From: a virus | Lineage: Duplodnaviria; Caudoviricetes | IMG/VR virus record: IMGVR_UViG_2724679353_000001 | Coordinates: 10,758 to 74,757 of that record | DNA length: 64,000 nucleotides | Direction: 5' to 3' (one strand) | In this document: in pieces, positions 59,083 to 64,000 of the stretch | Layout: each line of letters opens with the position of its first letter | Numbering within the stretch: the stretch's first letter is position 1 | Translations under genes and position numbers: made by a program | Notes under the pieces: model-generated | Seen by the model: only the letters and a program-made list of their open reading frames with translations | Databases searched by the model: none | Told to the model about the DNA's origin: nothing

Positions 59083-61990
59083 TAAGAACCTCCGCTTGCA
59101 GGTTTCTTTAAGCGCCATTGATAAAGTTACCAAGCCATTTAAATCTATGTTGGCCAGCAATAAAACGCTGGCCGCTTCCATTAAAGCAACGAAAGACCAA
59201 CTCAAACAACTGGATGCACAATCTGGCAAAATTGAGGGTTTTCGTAAGAATAAAGTGGCGGTTAATGGTACCGCTCAGGCACTGTCCGCTGCCCGAGATA
59301 AAGCGCGCCAGCTTGCCACCGAATTAAAAAACAGTGCCGCCCCCACCGCTAAACAGGCGAAAGAGTTTAAGCGCGCCAGTGAAGAGGCCGCCAAACTAAA
59401 GCAAAAATACCATGACTTACGTACTGCGCTGCATACCCAACGCACCGCATTGCAAAGCAGCGGCATTGCCACCAATCGATTAGGTCAGGCGCAGCGATCC
59501 CTTAAAGCCAATATCACCAGCACCACCGCCGCACTGACTGCGCAACAGCGCCGATTAGAACAGCAAGCCCAGCAACAACAGCGCCTCAGTGCCGCCCGTA
59601 ATCGCTTTGATAGTAGCAACCAACGCAAAGCCATTGCCGCTGGATTAGGTTACACCTCGCTCTCCACTGGCCGTGCGATGGGCCGAGGGATAGCCGGAGC
59701 GCTGCATGTTGGCTATGAGTTTGACGGCATGATGAGTAAAACTCAGGCCGTGACCCGTATTCCTGATAAAAACGCAGCGGATATGCAGGCGATGCGCCAT
59801 CAGGCCCGCACCTTGCCACTCTCCTCTAAATTTACCGATCTGGAAGTGGCTCAAGGGCAATATTTCCTTGGTCGCACCGGTTATAGCCCGAAGCAGGTAT
59901 TAGGCGCGATGCCGGGGATGCTGAATCTGGCCGCAGCCGGAGATATTGATCTCGGTACTACCGCCGATATCGCCTCCAATATTCAAACCGCGATGGGGAT
60001 CCCGGCGGAGAAAATGGATCGGGTGGCCGATGTGCTTACGGCGTTATTCACCCGCAATAACGTGGATATCCCGATGTTGGGCGAGTCTATGAAGTATTCC
60101 GGGGCCGTTGGCCGCGACGACGGTCAAAGTCTGGAAACCGTGGCCGCCTCTACCGCCATGCTGGGCAGCGCCGGTATTCAGGGCAGCCAAGCCGGTACCA
60201 CTATGCGCAGTATCTTAAGCCGCATTGGTGGCTCCAGTACGGTTAAGGATTTAGGCGTCAAAACTGCCGATAAAAACGGCAACATGCGCGATATGGTTGA
60301 TATTCTTAGGGATATTAATGACAAAACCGCCAAGATGGGCAACGTTGAGCGCGGGGCTATTTTTAAAAGCATTGCCGGTGCATATGCTGTCACTGGCTTT
60401 AGTGTATTGATGCACGCTGCCGGTAATGGCTCGTTGGATAAGATGCGCGGCAAGCCCGGAGAGTATGACGGCGAGGCGGCGCGGGTAGCGTCAACCATGC
60501 TGGATAACCTCAAAGGTGATATGACCATTCTGCACGCGGCGATGGAGAATATCAGCGTTGAATTATTTGAGAAAAATAATGATTGGTTACGCTCTGCCGC
60601 CAAAGGGATCAGCGAGTTTATGCACGGTGTGGCTGAATTCCTGAAAGCACACCCGCAGGTCAGTACCGCGATAGTGAAGATAGGTACCGTAGTGGCTATC
60701 ACTACCGCCGCATTTGGCGCGCTGGCTATTGCTGCCGTGGGTATTTTGGGGCCGTTTGCCTTATTGCGCTTCACCACCTCGGTATTGGGCATTCGCTTAC
60801 TGCCTCGCCTGTCGTTGGGCATGTCCAAACTGGCAAGCACTACCCCTATCACCACCCAACAGATCGGCAACTTTAGCCGCTCACTGCTTACTCTGTCTAA
60901 AAATGGCGGTCAGTCGGCGATTGCCACCCTTAAAGGGCTGGGTAATGGTCTGGTTAATGTGGTGCGTTCGCCGGTTAAATCCGGTATCAGCGGTTTTAAA
61001 ATGTTGGGTAATGGCATTAGCTGGCTGGCTAAATCTCCGCTTAAATTCCTGCGCTTTGCCCTTGGTGGTCTGGGTAGCGTTTTCGGCATCTTAATCAGCC
61101 CGATTGGCCTGATTGGTGCGGCCATCGTTGGCGCTGGCTTGCTGATTTACAAGTATTGGCAGCCAATTAAGGCATTTCTCGGTGGCGTGGTGGATGGCTT
61201 TATGCAAGCCGCCGCCCCGATTAGAGAGGCGTTGAAACCGCTGGGGCCGGTGTTTGATTGGATTGGTGATGCGGTTAAAAACGTGTGGAGCTGGTTTAAA
61301 AAGTTACTGGAGCCGGTGCAATCAACCACTGCCGATTTAAACAGCGCCGCCAATGCCGGTAAGTCTTTTGGTCAGTTTCTGGCCGATGGCATTGATTTGG
61401 CAATGACCCCCCTCAAGGCGCTGATTTCATCCATTAAGTGGGTATTGGAAAAGCTGGATGAGGTGAAGCAGCGCTCCGAGAAAACCCGCGAACTGGCGCA
61501 AATGAATCCGGCGGTAGCCGCTGCCGCTGGCAACTACGGTATCACATGGAAGCCCGCGCCAAAGGGCAACAGTGCCGCTGATATCGCGGCTAAATATACC
61601 GGTGAATATGATAACGGCGGCACTATCCCGTTAGGTAAATTCGGTGTAGTCGGTGAGCATGGCCCTGAAATTATTAACGGCCCGGCGCAAGTCACAGGAC
61701 GCCGCAATACGGCGGCAATGGCGGTTGCGGCTTCCATGTTATTCAGTGGCTATCAGGCCGCCGCCGCACCGCTGCACCCCTACAGTTTGCCTGCGTCACA
61801 ATATCGCAGCGGCCAGACCAGCAACCCACAGCAAAATCAAACCAGCCATGCCGCGCCAATTATCAATATTTATCCGTTACCACAGCATGATGCACAGGAT
61901 ATTGCCCGCGAGGTGGCCCGCCAACTGGCGGCCTACAACAGCAGGGAACAGAGTAAATCAAACCGTAGCTATCAAGACCATGACGACTAA
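59075..61990 (+). CDS. T: Tape measure protein
   Basis: About 970 aa, Ala-rich; follows E/E'. Confidence 0.93.
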   Translation: MSDKNLRLQVSLSAIDKVTKPFKSMLASNKTLAASIKATKDQLKQLDAQSGKIEGFRKNKVAVNGTAQALSAARDKARQLATELKNSAAPTAKQAKEFKRASEEAAKLKQKYHDLRTALHTQRTALQSSGIATNRLGQAQRSLKANITSTTAALTAQQRRLEQQAQQQQRLSAARNRFDSSNQRKAIAAGLGYTSLSTGRAMGRGIAGALHVGYEFDGMMSKTQAVTRIPDKNAADMQAMRHQARTLPLSSKFTDLEVAQGQYFLGRTGYSPKQVLGAMPGMLNLAAAGDIDLGTTADIASNIQTAMGIPAEKMDRVADVLTALFTRNNVDIPMLGESMKYSGAVGRDDGQSLETVAASTAMLGSAGIQGSQAGTTMRSILSRIGGSSTVKDLGVKTADKNGNMRDMVDILRDINDKTAKMGNVERGAIFKSIAGAYAVTGFSVLMHAAGNGSLDKMRGKPGEYDGEAARVASTMLDNLKGDMTILHAAMENISVELFEKNNDWLRSAAKGISEFMHGVAEFLKAHPQVSTAIVKIGTVVAITTAAFGALAIAAVGILGPFALLRFTTSVLGIRLLPRLSLGMSKLASTTPITTQQIGNFSRSLLTLSKNGGQSAIATLKGLGNGLVNVVRSPVKSGISGFKMLGNGISWLAKSPLKFLRFALGGLGSVFGILISPIGLIGAAIVGAGLLIYKYWQPIKAFLGGVVDGFMQAAAPIREALKPLGPVFDWIGDAVKNVWSWFKKLLEPVQSTTADLNSAANAGKSFGQFLADGIDLAMTPLKALISSIKWVLEKLDEVKQRSEKTRELAQMNPAVAAAAGNYGITWKPAPKGNSAADIAAKYTGEYDNGGTIPLGKFGVVGEHGPEIINGPAQVTGRRNTAAMAVAASMLFSGYQAAAAPLHPYSLPASQYRSGQTSNPQQNQTSHAAPIINIYPLPQHDAQDIAREVARQLAAYNSREQSKSNRSYQDHDD

Positions 61991-62001
61991 GGAGCAATAA
62001 C

Positions 62002-62466
62002 ATGATGATGGCATTTGGGATGTTTGTCTTTATGCTGCAAACCGTCCCCTACCAAGATTTTCAGCACCAAATGGCATGGCGTCACCCGTCAAATGCGCGT
62101 ATTGGCTTGCGGCCTATCAGTCAATTTTTAGGGCCAGATGAAGAATCCATTACCTTATCCGGCGTGTTATACCCAGAGTTGACCGGGGGTAAAGCCTCGC
62201 TCATGGCCTTGCAGTTGATGGCTGATACTGGCAAGGCTTGGTCATTGATTGAGGGGAACGGGGCGATCCACGGCATGTTTGTGATTGAGAGTCTGAGTCG
62301 TGGCAAAAGTTTTTTTTTCCGTGATGGCTCGGCGCGTAAAATTGAATTCACGCTGACGTTAAAACGTACCGATGAATCATTAAAAGAGATGTTTGGTGAT
62401 TTATCTCAGCAATTTGACGATATCGCCACTCAAATATCGGACACCGCCAGCGGATTATTATCATGA
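62002..62466 (+). CDS. U: Tail protein U
   Basis: MMAFGMFVF...ITLSGVLYPELTGG. Confidence 0.93.
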   Translation: MMMAFGMFVFMLQTVPYQDFQHQMAWRHPSNARIGLRPISQFLGPDEESITLSGVLYPELTGGKASLMALQLMADTGKAWSLIEGNGAIHGMFVIESLSRGKSFFFRDGSARKIEFTLTLKRTDESLKEMFGDLSQQFDDIATQISDTASGLLS

Positions 62467-63569
62467 CGATGATAGATAGCCTGTTAAATAACGGTCATAA
62501 CGCACCGGATTATTCTATTACCGTGGATGGCATTGATAAAAGCGGCGGCATTAAAAAGCGGTTGATGTCGTTAACTTTGACCGATAATCGCGGCTTTGAA
62601 GCGGATCAGCTTGATATTGAACTGGATGATTCAGACGGTAAATTAGTGCTGCCCCGTCGCGGAGCAAAAATAGCGGTGGCGCTAGGTTGGCAAGGGGCGG
62701 CGTTGATTAATAAAGGCATATTCACCGTAGATGAAATAGAGCATAGCAGCGCACCGGATAAGCTGACGATTCGCGCCCGCAGTGCGGATTTTCGTGAAAC
62801 GCTCAATATTCGCCGTGATCACTCTTACCATAAGACCACTATTGGCGGGGTCATTAAAATAATTGCCGAACGCAATAAACTCACGCCAACACTAAATAAA
62901 GCGATGTCTGATTTAGCTGTTGACCATATAGACCAAACCAACGAATCAGACGGTAATTTCATTACCCGGTTGGCGAAACAATATGGCGCTATTGCCGCGG
63001 TGAAAAATGGCAATTTGTTATTTATTCGTCAGGGCCAAGCGAAAACCGCCAGCGGTAAACCGATTCCGGTGATGAGCATTATCCGCAGCTTGGGTGACGG
63101 CCATCAATTTAGTATGGCTGACCGAGGCGCTTATACTGGCGTGGTAGCGAACTGGCTCAACACCCGCACCACCGAAAAACCAGTAGTTAAGGTAAAGCGA
63201 AAACGCAAATGTAAGGCGACCACTACCGCCAAGCCCAAAGAGCCAGAAGAGAAACAGGGTGAATATCTGATCGGTACTGATGAGAATGTGCTGACCTTAC
63301 GCACCACTTACGCCAACAAACACAATGCACAGCGAGCGGCTAAATCGAATTGGGAACGGCTGCAACGGGGCGCGGCGAAATTCTCTATTCAGCTTGCAAA
63401 GGGGCGCGCAGATCTCTATCCCGAAGTACCAGTTAAAGTGACCGGATTCAAAAAGCAGATTGATGAAGCTGATTGGACATTGGTCACTGTGACCCATTCA
63501 GTGAGTGACAGTGGTTTTACTACTGCGCTGGAGCTAGAGGTGAAAATAGATGATTTGGATATGGAATGA
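62463..63569 (+). CDS. D: Tail/baseplate hub protein D
   Basis: LTDNRGFEADQL, HIDQTNESD. Confidence 0.95.
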   Translation: MTMIDSLLNNGHNAPDYSITVDGIDKSGGIKKRLMSLTLTDNRGFEADQLDIELDDSDGKLVLPRRGAKIAVALGWQGAALINKGIFTVDEIEHSSAPDKLTIRARSADFRETLNIRRDHSYHKTTIGGVIKIIAERNKLTPTLNKAMSDLAVDHIDQTNESDGNFITRLAKQYGAIAAVKNGNLLFIRQGQAKTASGKPIPVMSIIRSLGDGHQFSMADRGAYTGVVANWLNTRTTEKPVVKVKRKRKCKATTTAKPKEPEEKQGEYLIGTDENVLTLRTTYANKHNAQRAAKSNWERLQRGAAKFSIQLAKGRADLYPEVPVKVTGFKKQIDEADWTLVTVTHSVSDSGFTTALELEVKIDDLDME

Positions 63570-63643
63570 TGATTTTTAATCAATAATCACGCATAATTAT
63601 CATTAATACCGACCATAGTCGGGATGATACCGGAGTCCGGATC

Positions 63644-63859
63644 ATGTTCAATTGTCCTTTATGCCTCAGCGCAGCCCATACCCGCAGCAGTAGCCAAATC
63701 ACCATCGAAACTAAAGAGCGCTATCACCAGTGCATTAATGTGAATTGCGGCCATACCTTTGTGACGATGGAAAGTTTTATGCGTTCAATATCGAAGCCCG
63801 GCGAGATTAACCCGGTGATGCCTCACCCGCAAAGTGGCGGTCAGGGGGTCATGTTCTGA
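63644..63859 (+). CDS. ogr: Late activator Ogr (zinc finger)
   Basis: CPLC..AAHTRSS...ERYHQC.N.NCGHTF. Confidence 0.95.
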   Translation: MFNCPLCLSAAHTRSSSQITIETKERYHQCINVNCGHTFVTMESFMRSISKPGEINPVMPHPQSGGQGVMF

Positions 63860-63891
63860 CGGCTGAAAATAAATTTATCTGCCCTGCTCTC

Positions 63892-63914
63892 ATCCCGCTT
63901 TTGCGGGATTTTTT
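63892..63914 (+). terminator. Terminator after ogr
   Basis: atcccgc-tttt-gcgggat-ttttt. Confidence 0.85.
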
Positions 63915-63932
63915 ATGGCAGCAAAAAAACGA

Positions 63933-63969
63933 TGCTGCCACCCTGCTGCCATTTTGCTGCCACTTGCCA
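63933..63969. repeat. Probable arm-type sites of the P2-like integrase
   Basis: TGCTGCCA three times; one more copy at ~30438 on the other prophage end. Confidence 0.7.
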
Positions 63970-64000
63970 AATCTCAGGCACAAAAAAACCCCCCCCCCGC

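Larger units (their letters stand above)
30346..64000. mobile_element. Prophage 2: P2-like prophage, int to ogr
   Basis: Gene order int-C-cox-dam-A-Q-P-O-N-M-L-X-Y-K-lysB-lysC-R-S-V-W-J-I-H-G-FI-FII-E-T-U-D-ogr. Confidence 0.97.

Noticed and set aside
63989-63998. C10 tract as a phase-variation site
   Set aside because: Non-coding, at the window edge, inside the expected tRNA terminator; it may be a sequencing artefact.
1-64000. CRISPR array, IS element, retron or rRNA
   Set aside because: No regularly spaced repeat-spacer array, transposase, reverse transcriptase or rRNA-like sequence recognised.

Overview
The window is almost entirely two unrelated temperate prophages lying in tandem at a tRNA-Leu(UAA) (leuZ-like) site of an enterobacterial chromosome, probably Yersinia-like (an impression, not tested). 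Prophage 1 (<1 to ~30345) is lambdoid in regulation with a contractile tail. It carries head, tail, terminase, lysis, Q, replication and 434-type cI/cro genes, a recombination operon, xis and int. A displaced 3' half of tRNA-Leu at 30292-30345 marks the junction. Prophage 2 (~30346 to >64000) is a near-complete P2-like phage running from int to ogr; its tail gene R has an amber stop. Several low-GC accessory genes sit at known cargo positions, including a SAMHD1-like HD protein. Two candidate new systems stand out. (1) The P2-like immunity operon: the repressor C-terminus and the N-terminus of the adjacent Flk-like membrane protein share an RxAGRDFHE motif, as in amyloid-signalling gene pairs, and a secreted protein follows. 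(2) In prophage 1, a CsrA-like small protein co-occurs with a repeated ACCA-loop hairpin plus AGAGGCAAGACCA ribosome-binding-site motif in front of 6-7 early genes. All family assignments come from motif recognition by eye; no searches were run.
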